A stretch of 61,515 bases of DNA from Octopus bimaculoides (taxonomy: Eukaryota): NCBI RefSeq assembly GCF_001194135.2, contig NC_068982.1:173425354-173486868 (forward strand). Direction: 5' to 3'. Below, in pieces: positions 1 through 14,050 of this stretch. The notes below the pieces were generated by a model. It made no database searches, was not told the DNA's origin, and saw only the letters and a list, made by a program, of their open reading frames with translations. Within the stretch, counting starts at the first letter, position 1, and each line of letters begins with the position of its first letter. The position numbers and the translations under genes were made by a program.

Positions 1-759
1 TGTAGAATTGGATCCATTTTAGTAAGATATTTTCAGAAAGCTTTAACTAAACTAAATTGTCTTTTGAAATAAAGATATTTTAAAATTTAGAGCATGACTC
101 TCTGATTAACCACACCTTTTGCCTCTTAAGCACCAACAGCATCAATAGTCACACACTTTGCAGAATTAGATTCCATTCAACGAGATCTTTTTTATTTAAG
201 CGCAATAAAAACAAAAAAATGTTAAAGAAATAAGAAAACTGCATTGTTTGAAGTTGCCTTACTCCCACATATTTTTATCCCAAATCTCTTTTTTTTTTTT
301 TTTTTACTCAACCAATGTTTTTATTTACTATATCTCAAAATGAAGCACTGATCCTCTTTTCAATGAAGTTTAATGTCAGAGTGCGTAAAGTGCAAATGCT
401 GATCGTACAGCCGTGGGTGAATTGATGTCGCTGACATATCAAACTGTTCGAATAACAGGGAGACTTGCAATTGCATTGGACACGATATCTGATAACTTTC
501 CAGCCATCGGGGAAATTGAAACCATTACAATAGCATCTATAGTAATAAACAATGCAGGCATTAGTAACATCAGCTGCAAATGTCGTCAACGCAAGCAGTC
601 CCAGTATTTGAAACAAAAATTCCTTTCCTTATTATTCGAAGTAAATTGTGTCAAACCGCAGCAATATGTCACCTTAGTTGCCGCCTTTCTTTCTTCCTCT
701 CTTTCATTCTGCGTTTATTTATTTATTTATCTACCTATCTATTTCAATTTAGAAATATA

Positions 760-998
760 TTTTACCTTTTATTTGCTTCAGACATTAGACTGAGACCATG
801 CTGGAGCAGCATCTAAAAGAATTCCAGTCGAATGAATCACACCCCGTACTTATTTTATTTGTTTGTTTTTGTTTGCTTTAAACCTAGTTCTTATTATATC
901 AGTCTCTTTGGCCGAACCGCTAGATTACAGGGGGCGAAAACACACCAATTGTCAAGCGGTAGTGGCGGACGAATATAGACTCAAAGGAACACACACAC
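760..998 (-). mobile_element. tRNA-derived SINE family A, 3' half
   Basis: Matches the tail of the fuller copies at 40157-40538 and 46725-47125 (gaccatgctggagca...gccgaaccgcta...aacacacc...ttgtcaagcg). Runs into a gap. Confidence 0.75.
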
Positions 999-1814
999 NN
1001 NNNNNNNNNNNNNNNNNNNNNNNNNNNNNNNNNNNNNNNNNNNNNNNNNNNNNNNNNNNNNNNNNNNNNNNNNNNNNNNNNNNNNNNNNNNNNNNNNNNN
1101 NNNNNNNNNNNNNNNNNNNNNNNNNNNNNNNNNNNNNNNNNNNNNNNNNNNNNNNNNNNNNNNNNNNNNNNNNNNNNNNNNNNNNNNNNNNNNNNNNNNN
1201 NNNNNNNNNNNNNNNNNNNNNNNNNNNNCATATCAGTTGAATAAAGTTAAAACATGGTCTGGTTTTCAAGTTTTTATTATGATATTTAAAAAAAACTAAT
1301 AAAGTGTTTATCACACCACAACATTGTAAAAATATATTTTTACAATGTTGAAGCGTGTTAAACATTAAAAAAGAATGTTGTAATGTTCATAAAGTTCAAT
1401 TAGCGCTTTCATACGTTCGTAGTAATCATCAGATTTCAAAATGTATTTAACTGACAGTTCTTGACAAATGTAGTAAAATGACTGACTTCTTCCTTTTGTA
1501 CCTCTTAGAAGGCGTCACGGTTTGTCGGGCGTACCGATATTACTGGCATAGATCCCGCCTTTATTTTAACCAATTAGCTTGCGGTTTACATGTAATGGTT
1601 TTATGAGTGAGCAAACTTAGTTGGTTTTGATTGTTTTTATTTCAATCGGTAGGAATTTGTTTATATTCATATGTTAAAGATATTTTTTAAATCCACACCA
1701 TTAACTGGTTGTTATAATATTGTTGTTATTTCCGTTCAGAACAGGTTTGAACATTTCGATAAACTGCTTTTCTTTTATCTTTCTTCCAACCTCACCGACT
1801 TCGCGAAAATACGC

Positions 1815-2315
1815 ATCGAGCCACAAACAACCTGCATCACCAAAACATTTTTAACACCATCAAAAAGATTTGCCAGTCATGAAACAAAGTGAAAATTAAA
1901 AACATAATAACTAATCAAACACTTATCTTAAGCAAAAGGCAACAACAAAACCTAAAGAAACTATTACCAAAGGCAAAATTCAACAAGAACAAACAGGATA
2001 AGACATTCCCAGTATCCAAGTATAACGATAACAGATGTAGAACGTGTCAATACATGCATACCGGTAGATCCATTAGAATAAAAAAGTGGACAGATTTTCG
2101 CAAATGCAGATTTGAACTGCAAAGGCAGAAATTTGATCTACTGCATTAAATGCCCGAATTGCGAGGAGTTATATATTGGCCAGACAGGAAATGCATTATC
2201 AGAACGCTCACAAGTTCACAGATGACAAATCCGGAAAAACTAATCTTCGCCAAATTCCATTGAGCGAACATATGGTCAAACAAATGTTAATAATTTTTCC
2301 GTTCCACAAACTACG
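1815..2315 (+). pseudogene. Penelope-like element fragment: RT-EN linker plus GIY-YIG endonuclease, frameshifted
   Basis: One frame reads LILSKRQQQNLKKLLPKAKF...RCRTCQY (CxxC linker). After a frameshift near 2100 it reads ADLNCKGRNLIYCIKCPNCEELYIGQTGNALSER..HR*QIR, the GIY-YIG motifs of PLEs. Confidence 0.85.
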
Positions 2316-2344
2316 GGGTGCTTAAGGTATTTCAGGACATACCT

Positions 2345-2460
2345 GGTCGGCCCGAGGCTATAGTAGAAGACACTTGCCCAAGGTGCCACGCGGTGGGACT
2401 GAACCCGTTACCATGTGGTTGGTAAGCAAGCTACTTACCACACAGCCACCCCTACGCCTA
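2345..2460 (-). mobile_element. SINE family A, tRNA-like 5' head
   Basis: Reverse complement reads ggctgtgtggtaagtagcttgcttaccaaccacatggtaacgggttcagtcccac, with A-box and B-box-like motifs. Near-identical to the head of the 40157-40538 copy. Confidence 0.85.
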
Positions 2461-2621
2461 TTTGAAGAAATTTCTTTCAATTTTTTCTATCAAATTTTTT
2501 CTTTCTTACTTTCTTTCTTTTCTTCTATATATCTATCCGTTTCTCTCTTTGTCTCTCTCCCTGTTTCTTTGAGCCTATATACACATACATACATACATAC
2601 ATACGTATGTACGTACGTACG

Positions 2622-2676
<55 letters not shown>

Positions 2677-4257
2677 ATGTATATATATATATAAAGCCGA
2701 TGATTTGGTCCTGAAATTAATCAAATTTGGTCATTCTTACACGTGTTTCAATGAAATTTATAAGCGAATTACATAATCTAGGCTACGAGTATTTCTGTCT
2801 TTACATAATCAGAGATTCTTTCAGAATGTGAGATTTTAGCATGCTTTCCTTATATAACAGAAGAAAAAGAAACAACCCTCCTGTTTAGATTTTTTTTTTA
2901 TATATACTCTGTGATTTACAGGTAGAAGCGAAAGTAACCGTTGACTAAAATACACAGCTTTCTCATTTCAATTTTCAAAGTTGATTATGATTTTCTTCTT
3001 TCTCCTCATCCGCCCCTTTTTCATTCTCCTCATACTCAGTCATAAAGAAAATAGTGAGAAACAATGGCAATACGGTGAAATGAAGGATCGATATCGTACC
3101 GCTTTGGTGAAATCCTTCTACGTTCTGAGTTTCATCCTTCTGGCATCGATGAAAGAAGTCTCGAACATATCAGTGATTGATTCAATCGATTATACATTAC
3201 CATAAACAAAATGTGCATTTATGTCAATTCATTTGTAATCATCGTTGATTTCATGTCCATGTTGGTACAAGACCAGCAGATTCGACATTATGCCCACTCT
3301 TTTCAAACAATACATACCTTCCCATGAGCCCACAAAATATACAGACAACTTTATACTCAGATGCCATCACCATCACGCCCTCCCTCCATTCTCCAAACAC
3401 TGCCGCTCAAGCACTCCAACCTAATTTGAATCACCTAGAAACGTGACTCCCCAGCAACAGATTTAACGTATTACATACCATTGAATCTATGGCAGTGCAT
3501 AAGAATTTTATGCTTATTTTATTGACAATAGATGGATGAAAGGTAAAGATGAAATCTTAATGTAGAAACATCAAGTGTGTGTGTGTGTGTGTGCTTGTAT
3601 GAATGTGTATGTGTACGTGTGTGTGCATGCATACACACATGTATTGTATTGCATGTGTATGTGTGCAAGTGATATTTACGCATGCATATATATGTGTGTG
3701 TATATGTTCATGTATATATGTATACACATACACACACCCATATATATAAAGAGTGTGTAAGTACATAGTGAGCTTGACAGACAGGCATAGGTATAAGAAT
3801 ACATATATGCGTACATACATACACATATGTACATACTTACACACACACGCAAGCACAAACACACACGCACACACAGACACACACATGATGTGTGTGTGTA
3901 TATGTGTCATTCTGTACACAATAATAGGTTGGCCTTTATGCGGTGGTGCAGTCCGTTTAGAAATAGCAGGCGTCTCATTCTACTGTCTTAAATAAAGAAG
4001 TACGTAGTTCACAATGTAATAGTTTCCAACTTCAAAAATCCAAAATACTAATAGCTGAAGCGCTTCTAATTTCTGATCATAAGCCTGCCCAATGAGAATT
4101 AAGAAACACGAGCCACCGACGGAGTGAGCCATTACGAGGTTACCCGACGTGTTGGAAGTAGCAACGAAAATACTGTTGCTTGAAAAAAGAAAAAAAAGTA
4201 AGAACATAAGTACACATTGGATAATGTAATCATGAGTACATTGTGTGTGTATGTGTA

Positions 4258-4296
<39 letters not shown>

Positions 4297-4559
4297 GTGT
4301 CTGTGTGTCATTAACACAAAAAAAAAAACATACATGCAATTTTATACGTTATAAAGCACGTTCCGACAATTACTGGATTATTGGTAAGATTACATAATTG
4401 CTTGTTGACATTATATAACCTTCTAAATTACCTCTTCAGTGTTCAGCAAAAATCGCAATGAATGGTGTTAAATGCTCGATATGTATCCCTATTATGGCAA
4501 TATCAACATCAGTGCCTTTGATTAGGGATGAGCGCAATCAGACTTGCCCTAGAACATTA

Positions 4560-4990
4560 AACAACAACAGCAGCCCTAATCACATCACCACTACCACCAC
4601 CACCACCACCACCACAACAACAACCAGCATAACACAATAGCCGTACCTCCGATGATCACGGACACTACTATTACCACTCTATTTACTCCCACCATAACCA
4701 CCATAATCAAAATTAGTATCCCCGCTACTAAGATAAAAGTACAACCACAGCATCTATATCAAGCTTCATAAACACTACACCAAATCTCTCCCCAACTCAT
4801 CATCACTATTACCATCACGAACATCACAACCATACAACAAGCATCCACTAACACGACTACTAAAAATGATATCAACTTCATAAATAACAGCATTACCACG
4901 ACGACGACGATGACAATCAACAACAGCAAGAACAACACCAGCACCATTCAACCACTATCAGCACCACCATCACAAATGCCATTATTATTT
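4560..4990. repeat. Cryptic ACC/ACA/ATC low-complexity tract
   Basis: Degenerate trinucleotide runs. The Thr-rich and Val-rich ORFs here are compositional artefacts. Confidence 0.8.
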
Positions 4991-5725
4991 CCGACATCAA
5001 GAAGACTTCGTTTCGTCGTTTCCAATCCCTTATTCACTTAGTGATCTTGCAAAAGTCATAAAAGACGAACCAAATGAGTAAATAGGTAAAAAAAACCCAA
5101 AAAAAACAAAAACAAAAATGCAGAAAAGGGAAGGAAAACAACTGAAACCACTCCTCCCGCTTCCGTCACTTCACTCCCACAAAAAATGGCAAAAAATGTA
5201 AATGAAACAACACGACAAAAAAAAAAAAAATGGAAGAAAAAGAGTTCAGTTAGAAAAACCAACGGAATAAAGAAAAAGACAAACTTTAAAGAAAAATCTT
5301 TACTAAATGATCTTTGCATATGGATGTTACATCATCAGTGGTTTGTTCACTAGGGGAAGATGGGAGGAAAAAGATGGGAGGAAAAAGAGAAGAAAAAAAC
5401 TGAAATTAATATTCTTTTCATTCACTTGAACACTCCGGGTGGCAAGGTATATAGTTTNNNNNNNNNNNNNNNNNNNNNNNNNNNNNNNNNNNNNNNNNNN
5501 NNNNNNNNNNNNNNNNNNNNNNNNNNNNNNNNNNNNNNNNNNNNNNNNNNNNNNNNNNNNNNNNNNNNNNNNNNNNNNNNNNNNNNNNNNNNNNNNNNNN
5601 NNNNNNNNNNNNNNNNNNNNNNNNNNNNNNNNNNNNNNNNNNNNNNNNNNNNNNNNNNNNNNNNNNNNNNNNNNNNNNNNNNNNNNNNNNNNNNNNNNNN
5701 NNNNNNNNNNNNNNNNNNNNNNNNN

Positions 5726-5764
<39 letters not shown>

Positions 5765-7341
5765 TGGTTCAAATGTACAAAAGATAATCCGCATATGTAT
5801 GTATGTGTATTTGTATACAATGCGTGCGCGCGCGTCTATGATTCCCTTGATGCTGTTGTGGCAAATACATTATTTCTAATATTGACACTGATACTGCCAT
5901 TCACTGCCCTAATAATAAAATAATTTTTTCTTTATTGGTCACAAGGGCCTATGCATTTAATACAAAATGCGTAGGAATGTATGTACCTTTGCGTGTATAA
6001 ATACGAATATATACTATTTGTTTTTACATGATTGAACGCAGCATCTTCCAAATGTAAGTAGTTTTCGTAACTCATATCCTCCGACGCTACTCTATCTCTT
6101 TCTCTTTCCTTCCCCCCCTCATTCTTCCTCTGTACTACTACGTATCTCGCTTTACCCCTCTCGTTCTTCCTCTGTTACTACTACGTATCTCTTTTTCCTC
6201 CTCGTTTTTCCTCTCTTTCTCTTTTCCTCTCGTTGCTCACCTATTCTTCTACTTCCTCCCTCTGTTTCTCTCTCTTCCCTTTACACCGGCATGGTCACAT
6301 GCTTCCGGTCAATAATCCTTTCCTTCCTTGGCTTTCGCCAAGCANNNNNNNNNNNNNNNNNNNNNNNNNNNNNNNNNNNNNNNNNNNNNNNNNNNNNNNN
6401 NNNNNNNNNNNNNNNNNNNNNNNNNNNNNNNNNNNNNNNNNNNNNNNNNNNNNNNNNNNNNNNNNNNNNNNNNNNNNNNNNNNNNNNNNNNNNNNNNNNN
6501 NNNNNNNNNNNNNNNNNNNNNNNNNNNNNNNNNNNNNNNNNNNNNNNNNNNNNNNNNNNNNNNNNNNNNNNNNNNNNNNNNNNNNNNNNNNNNNNNNNNN
6601 NNNNNNNNNNNNNNNNNNNNNNNNNNNNNNNNNNNNNNNNNNNNNNNNNNNNNNNNNNNNNNNNNNNNNNNNNNNNNNNNNNNNNNNNNNNNNNNNNNNN
6701 NNNNNNNNNNNNNNNNNNNNNNNNNNNNNNNNNNNNNNNNNNNNNNNNNNNNNNNNNNNNNNNNNNNNNNNNNNNNNNNNNNNNNNNNNNNNNNNNNNNN
6801 NNNNNNNNNNNNNNNNNNNNNNNNNNNNNNNNNNNNNNNNNNNNNNNNNNNNNNNNNNNNNNNNNNNNNNNNNNNNNNNNNNNNNNNAAGTTCAGAAATA
6901 GCAGCTAAAAAAGCTGAGACTCCAACAGATAGCATTACTTGTAACTCACAAAGGCAAAAAACAAGAAGAAAAAACAATGAAAACTAACCATTTAAAGTTA
7001 AACATAGACGCGTTTCTGGATTATGAATGGTAAAATTCAATTTCCGTCATCGGTATGATATTCCAGTAGTACATTCGACTGTGCTAGCAAACCGAGCAAG
7101 TTCTCCACCGATAATGGTGCTTACATACGAAGGGCTTGGTAAAAATTATTAATTGTTGATTTATTAATAAATTAATAAATTGATAAATCTTTACCCTTTT
7201 AATTTGTTATATATATATATATATATATATTTACATATAAACATACCACAATAACAACGTCCTCAATGACCACCTTCATCAATGCTGTTACAAATTACAA
7301 CCCTACTACAAACGTTACAACCACCAATGATTGCCAGCTAA

Positions 7342-8100
7342 ATAGAGGTTGACTTCCTGCATGTCACATCAGAGCTCAATACAAGTGCTACTCCTGAAGA
7401 AAGCCTAAGGAAGAAACTTCGTATATTTATAGAATCTTCAACTACTCACCAACTATAATTGGAAACCTAATTATAAACAGCAGCAGAAGAATTTACAATT
7501 TATCGACAAACAGAAAGATGTTCGACGAGGCTGCAACCCATTATAATGTGACATTAACGAGAAGCTTTACTTAAAAGTAATTGTATGAGGAGGATCTGCC
7601 CACTTTCACTTACGAACTCAAAGAGAATGAGGAAGGTTACTTGGTTTAATCCCCTGAGCAGTCTATATTCTTCCACTTAGGTAACTAGAATCTTAGAACC
7701 CGTATGTATCATAAGTTGTTTTATACCCGTAACGTCAAGGTTAACCATACCAGTTTACATAATATCGCTCCCAGCGTTACACACTTCAACACACACACGG
7801 CCTTTACTCAATACCCCATACTGTAACTTTCGACATATTACCAACTGCCTACTCGAAGGATGTTGTCTCTCAAAATCTATTGTCTATGGAACTTTCCTCA
7901 CACCAACCGATACTATCACAGGACACTATACATGTATAGCAGCCATTGACTTCAAGGGAAGCCTTACGCAGCAAATACACCTCTTCGGGTGTAAGGACAG
8001 AGAAATCTCCCTGTCGGGGTTAATCAGGCAATTCCAGATCCAAGAAAAGGACGCCCGTAATATTACACGCGGTGTTGAGTCAGCTTGTTATTAGATCTGA
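7342..8100 (+). pseudogene. Decayed Penelope-like element (RT thumb, linker, GIY-YIG) of a second lineage
   Basis: Across frameshifts it reads VDFLHVT, RKPKEETSYIY..NYSPTIIGNL..SSRRIYNLSTNRKMFDEAATHYN, KRMRKVTWFNP, YHKLFYTRNVKV and NCLLEGCCLSKSIVY. This order matches PLE RT C-terminus followed by endonuclease. Confidence 0.75.
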
Positions 8101-8169
8101 AACTAAATAGGTCGAGAGTTAGTGTCTTTCATTTCTTCACCAATACACACACACACACACACACATACA

Positions 8170-8232
<63 letters not shown>

Positions 8233-8625
8233 GCGTGTAATTAACTCATCTGAGGCAAAACATAATAGAATATATCAAGATAAATTTAAAATTTGCTACA
8301 AGAAGCAAATCCAGGCAAATACAAATAAAGATGACGCACTTAACAGGGAAGAGAAGCTGCTCCAAAAGTAAGATCAAAGCATCTCGTGAGCCTGACCGCC
8401 TCGCGCTCCGTTCATTTTCTTCTAAATGAAGGAGGAGGTGTCTTAAACTGCCTGTCAGCATTTTCGACCTTATTAACCCCTATAAATGTCTTACGTCCTG
8501 TAGAACGTGATCCTTCAGCTGTAGAAAACCGATTATGTGGCTTTTAGCGGCCATCTTTCATCTAGTAGTGCGCAATGTTTGTCTTCCATTTCCTTAAAAA
8601 TCAGTACAATGTTTAATTAGCTCTC

Positions 8626-8679
8626 TTTTAGGGTTAACATTAGTTTTAGGGTTAACATTAGTTTTAGGGTTAACATTAG
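8626..8679. repeat. 18-bp tandem repeat x3 (ttttagggttaacattag)
   Basis: Three perfect copies at 8626, 8644 and 8662. Confidence 0.9.
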
Positions 8680-10439
8680 TTTTTTTCAGAGTATCGTAAA
8701 TTTCTTGCAAGCCTTCGATGCAAGAGGTCTTCCTGTTGAGCTTCAAATGTGAAATAGAGTCCCCCAGAGAGTAGACCTGTCGCTATGATCCAACCGAGGA
8801 TCCCTACAAATCCAGGTTTACCTTGACTATCAAGAATAATTGCCTTTATCAAACTATCATTACCAGGGCCATACTCTCATCCACCTTATCACAAGCTTAC
8901 TGGAGGCACCATACTTGTCTCTATTCTGATTTCTAATGTAAGCAAAAATTTTTTTAATTAAAAAGAACCACGGGCGTTTTTATTTTGTTTCTTTTATTCT
9001 TCGATGTGGAGTCTATTAATCAACATCATAACTTGACACTGGGTTGGCACTTTAGTTCATGAACCACAAATGGGTGACATAAACTCGGAGAGATTTGAAT
9101 TCAGAATGGGAAAACACAAATAGTAGCTACTCCTAAATGATAGCTAACTATTTATAGAAGAATTTACATCCAAAAAGTAGGTAGCAAATAATATTTCCAA
9201 TATAATGGATTTTCCGTATCCTTGAAGAGATTTAGAAACATTTATTCATCAACACGAAGACTTCATTAGCAAGAACCGCTTTTCCTACTCACGTTTTTCT
9301 TTTCGCATTGTACTTAAGTGATGACAACATCACAGAAATTCACACTTGAAAAGATGAAAATATCATATGTGCCAGCACAAGGTAATGAAGATGAAAATGA
9401 AAGAGATGACTCGTTTTTTATATGGTTCTTTTCCGGCAACCAATCAAATGATAATGTACTATAGTCCAACCATAACAAAATGTGTATTATCTTGCTACTC
9501 TCCTCCTTTAGTTGTTTGAATAAGATCCATAGGACTCAGAGTAACGGTTAAAGAATCAACGGCTTCAAATAAAATACACGGTTCCTATGTAATTACCGCT
9601 TTTTTACTAGTTTCTAAACACAGATATTTTCTAAGCTATTGTACCCGATGTTCTAGCGATTGTGCCTCTCCACCACCATTCTATTGGTAGTAATTATTTC
9701 TAATATGGGCGTAAATTTGGAAATTTGTGGGAGGAGAATATTCAATTAAATCGATCCCAGTACTTAACTGGTACTTTATTTTATCAACTCCGGAAAGGTA
9801 AAACACAAAATGTTTCCCACTGGGATTTGAACTCAGTAAGTGGAGTAACCTAATACATATTGTCAAATGCTCTGAAGATTCCCCCAAATCCTCTGCAAGT
9901 CACGTGGCAAAAAAAGGATGAAAAATAATGTTTTAGTTCGTTTTACTTATTTCCCTTTATTTCTGCTATATTTAGGTATTTCAGGGAGCATGCTGGCGTT
10001 GTGAAATGTGTGGGCGTATGTGACATTTTGTAGGTTGTATGCGAATTATAGGATGTATATAAAGTGTATCTTTTAAAATCTTAACGCAAAATTAGCAATT
10101 TCTATGACAATGCATTTATTTTTACTTATTTTTTCTTTATTAGCTTCAATCATTGAACTCCAGCCATGCAAATTTACAGGATTCAAAGAGTTTTAGCCAC
10201 TTATGTCAACCCCAGCACTTTATATGGTTTTCTTCCATCGATGTATTTTTACTGAACATCTAAACTGATCACAGTTGCGTCCCTTTAGAAATTTACTTCC
10301 GTTGAACAGACTTAAATGCCGCAATGTACTTCCTTCGGTTTACACATATATAACAAAAACGAGCGCGCACACACACACCTTAAAGATACTAATACTTTGC
10401 TCACTGATTGTTTAGCAGAATATGCAGAGCAGACAGGCA

Positions 10440-12010
10440 GTTTAAGTCTTACAACTTCTTAATCATCAAAATTTACGCTCCTACTCGAAAGGGAGAAATT
10501 CTGTCAAGATCTTAGAAAATACAATTGACGGAAGAAAAAGCATACTTATAATTGAAGATGACTAGAATGTAAAGATTGGATCAGCTGTATTTGGGAATAA
10601 ACATTTAGAGAATAAGGATTGTGTGATGGTGGGGGGGGGGACTATCGGGGGAGTAAGAGTATTGGAATTTGTAAAACAAGAGAATATGATTGTAACAAAC
10701 AACAGCAGAAAATGTCCAGAACATGGCATGCATCTGGTAGAATATATGTAATAATCCGATCGATTTAAATATATCAAATTAATGTAAATGTAACTAAAAC
10801 TTAAATTTTCCAGGCAGCTGGAAGTAGCGGTCGGGAACTTTAGAAGCTGACAAGAAAAATTAAACTCAAATCAATCAAGTAAAACAAGAAATGCCAGAAT
10901 ATAAAATTGGTTTTGAATTATTTAAGAGCCTGAGTACAACAACAGAATTTGAAGCCCAGATGAAGGAAAATTGGCAGTTTTTATTGTGGTTATTATTATC
11001 AAATGATCAAGGATTAACATGACATTTTCAACAAATAACTATTATAATTCTCGGTAGAAGAAAGAAAGCTCAAATTCTGCTACGCATAAAAATGTTTTTA
11101 ATTAGTTGTGGTGAAAGAAGAGATCCGAAAAGTAAACAGTATAAAAAACGAAGCGAGAGAAATACAAAATATATTGGTGAGAGGAAATCCAAGCAACAAA
11201 AGTATATGGATTATCATTGTTCCCGTAAGATCAGCTATGCAATATCCTGAGCAGTACAGAAAAAAATCTCAACATTACAAGAAATAATTTAAGCCGCTCT
11301 TCTGTATTGAGGACGTTTATTTCTTTTTCTCTTATCTTTGATTTCAAACGTACGTATAAAATGTAAGGTAGACTTATGGTTGTATTTTTTGAAAAAAGAA
11401 AAAGCACAGGAACATTTTTAGCTACACTTTGAAGTGACAAAAATTCAACCTAACTCACATCAGTTTCCCTACTACTTCACCAGCGATCAGTTGCTAATTT
11501 TTCTAACCACATAGAAGATAAGAAAATCATATCAAAATGTTAAGATATCATGAAAGAATGGGTACTTAAATATGAAGTTGTAGAGAATAAATTAGGCAAT
11601 CTACAAACTAAAGCAGATGAAGTAACTGATCGACGAAGAGAATTCTATGAGAAACTTTACTACAACAAAGCTGAGGCAAGAAGTTACGCGCTAATATAAA
11701 AGGATTTTCATTAAATATAGAGCAAAAAGCAGAAATCACTTCTAAAGAAGTTACACAAGCAATAAGGTAATTAAAATGTAATAATTTACCTAGCAAGGAA
11801 AAAATATATATATATAAAGAATAGTTTCTCGTAAAATTTATCATATATTCGAGAATGGATCAGTAATTGAGAAGGCTCAATTGTTATACAATTGCCAAAG
11901 AAAAGAAGCATCAAGAAATGCGAAAACAGCCTTACAATTTTGTTGTGTCTGGGGAGAATCATACTGCTTTAATGCCTTAATATCTAACACACACTCCGGT
12001 TCAGTTTCCA

Positions 12011-12059
<49 letters not shown>

Positions 12060-13130
12060 CAAGCAAGTTTTGCTACATGTTTTACTTGTTTGAATGAAAC
12101 CACGTATAAAAATGACACTTAATACAAACAAAGGATAGTTTCCATGAAAAAGAAACGGTATAACAGATTGGTACTGATAATATTGTAACGGTAAACTCAG
12201 GCTACCAATAGCAAACGGTAGTAAATGATCATATGAACATGCAAAAGTCTGGATTTGGTTAGAAATTCGCCAGGTAACTGATTTAAAATAACAGATGGTG
12301 ACAGTCAAAAGTGCGATCTTCAGTGTTTTTCTAAAAAACATGATGACTGGAGACTTTGAGACACTTTTGAAGGAAATCTTGAAGTAGAAGTTAGTAATTT
12401 CCGTTTAGTCACCAATGTTGATTTTATAGGACAAAATGATGAACGACTTATAGATCAGATGATATAACTGAAAGATATGGTATGAAAATAGATGCCGAAA
12501 GAAGCAAGTGAAAGACAATCAATCTAATTGAATTAAAAAGACGATCAAACATTTTGCTGAATTTAAAAAATATCTTGGAAGAAAAATCATGGAAGATTTT
12601 AAATCAAAGAAAGAAATAGAAGGTTGGATTCTACAGTGCTTACAGCAAGATGATAACCTTATCTGGAAAAATTAAAAAAATTACAATGTCAATGAAAAAT
12701 TCGCTTTTTAAACATCATTAGTAATTTCAACTTGCTTCCATGGTTGCGAATCATTAAATGCTGAAAGTAGGAAAAGATGATCACCTTTCAAATGAAGTGT
12801 TAAAGAGAGATACTTCACTTTGCATTTCGTTTACACAACATCTAACTAAAAGGAGTGTTAGGAGAGATATTATTGTTAGGAAGACTGCAAACACGTAACA
12901 TTTTTCAACTGCTAAAATTTGGGTAAAAAAGTAACATTATGTAAAATGACACGATGACACATTACTTTAAGCAAAAAGTGATGTAAGAAGAGAATGAAGG
13001 GAAGTGTTGAATAATATAGAGGAACGGACAGAGTAGAAGATAATGGAAAACATGAGATTGATTGATGAATGAGAAAGGTGGTTGAGGAGGTGATATCTCT
13101 TGTTGAGTATCTACAGTTTTGCAAGGCTAT
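10440..13130 (+). mobile_element. Heavily decayed RTE-type LINE ORF (APE endonuclease plus reverse transcriptase)
   Basis: Ordered remnants: IIKIYAPT and ILIIEDD*NVKIG (APE, about 10470-10580); RTWH-like motif (about 10720); EFYEKLY and ITSKEVTQAIR*LK (about 11640-11780); YGMKI, KYLG, CFHGCES and FQMKC (about 12480-12800). Many stops and indels, interrupted by (TA)n. Confidence 0.75.
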
Positions 13131-13154
13131 GGTCTTTAATTGATTGGACTATAT

Positions 13155-13462
13155 CAGGGGTTCCCAACCTTATTTTGCTTGTGGAACCCCCCCTCCGAGA
13201 GTTATCTTATCATCTGTGGGCCCATATATGCACATGTAAATTTTTGAAATAAAATATTTGTTTGTAGGTTAGTAAAAACTAACAATGAAGCAATTTCGTT
13301 ATATTCATAACATAAACTCCAAATGCAAATCTTAAAAATTTCAATAAATACATATACCTCTCGTTAGTAAACAAAATTTATATATGGACCCACAAATTAC
13401 AATTTTTTAAAACTTTTGTGTTCCCCTGGGTGGTCCATCTGGACCCCGGTTGGGAACCCCTG
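13155..13462. mobile_element. hAT-type MITE, 308 bp
   Basis: Perfect 15-bp TIRs caggggttcccaacc / ggttgggaacccctg and a perfect 8-bp TSD gactatat (13147-13154 and 13463-13470). Confidence 0.9.
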
Positions 13463-13785
13463 GACTATATTGTCCAGTAAGTCATTTTTATTTAAGACTG
13501 TAGTGAATGAATTAAGATTGATTCCACTGCTATTTCTAGTCAATTGACTGATTAATTTCAGGATGTTTACCACTTTATAAGAAGTCGGTTACTCATTTCA
13601 GTTATGTGAGTGTTTGTGTATGTAATAAATATCTATAAACTACTATTTTCTATGTGGTCAAGAAAATTAGTAACTGATCTGTAATGAAGCAGTAGAAAAA
13701 CTGATATTACTCAGGTTGAATTTTTATAGTCACAAATTTGGTTTAACTACAATATCTGCATTTTAAAGTGTAGCTAAAAATGTTT

Positions 13786-13817
<32 letters not shown>

Positions 13818-14050
13818 TATTAAATATACAATCTTAACCCTACCTTATATCTTGTGTTTACATTTGAATTCAGAAATAAGAGGAAAAAAAAAATTAACGT
13901 ACTCAATACAGATGAGAGGGTTAAATTATTTCTTGTAATGGCTGAGATTTTTTTCTGTACAGCTCAGAATGTTGTATGGATGTAGTTCTTACATGAACAA
14001 CGATATATTGAGGAGTAATACAGTGTAATCTAAGCATTATAATCACACAC

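Noticed and set aside
413-793. 126-aa plus-strand ORF containing VINNAGI, reminiscent of short-chain dehydrogenases
   Set aside because: No TGxxxGxG or YxxxK motif and no convincing splice context. The C-terminal part is low-complexity sequence.
5150-5195. ETS/CRE-like cccgcttccgtcacttc plus aaaatggc
   Set aside because: Short motifs with no CpG-rich context or adjacent exon. Insufficient to call a promoter.
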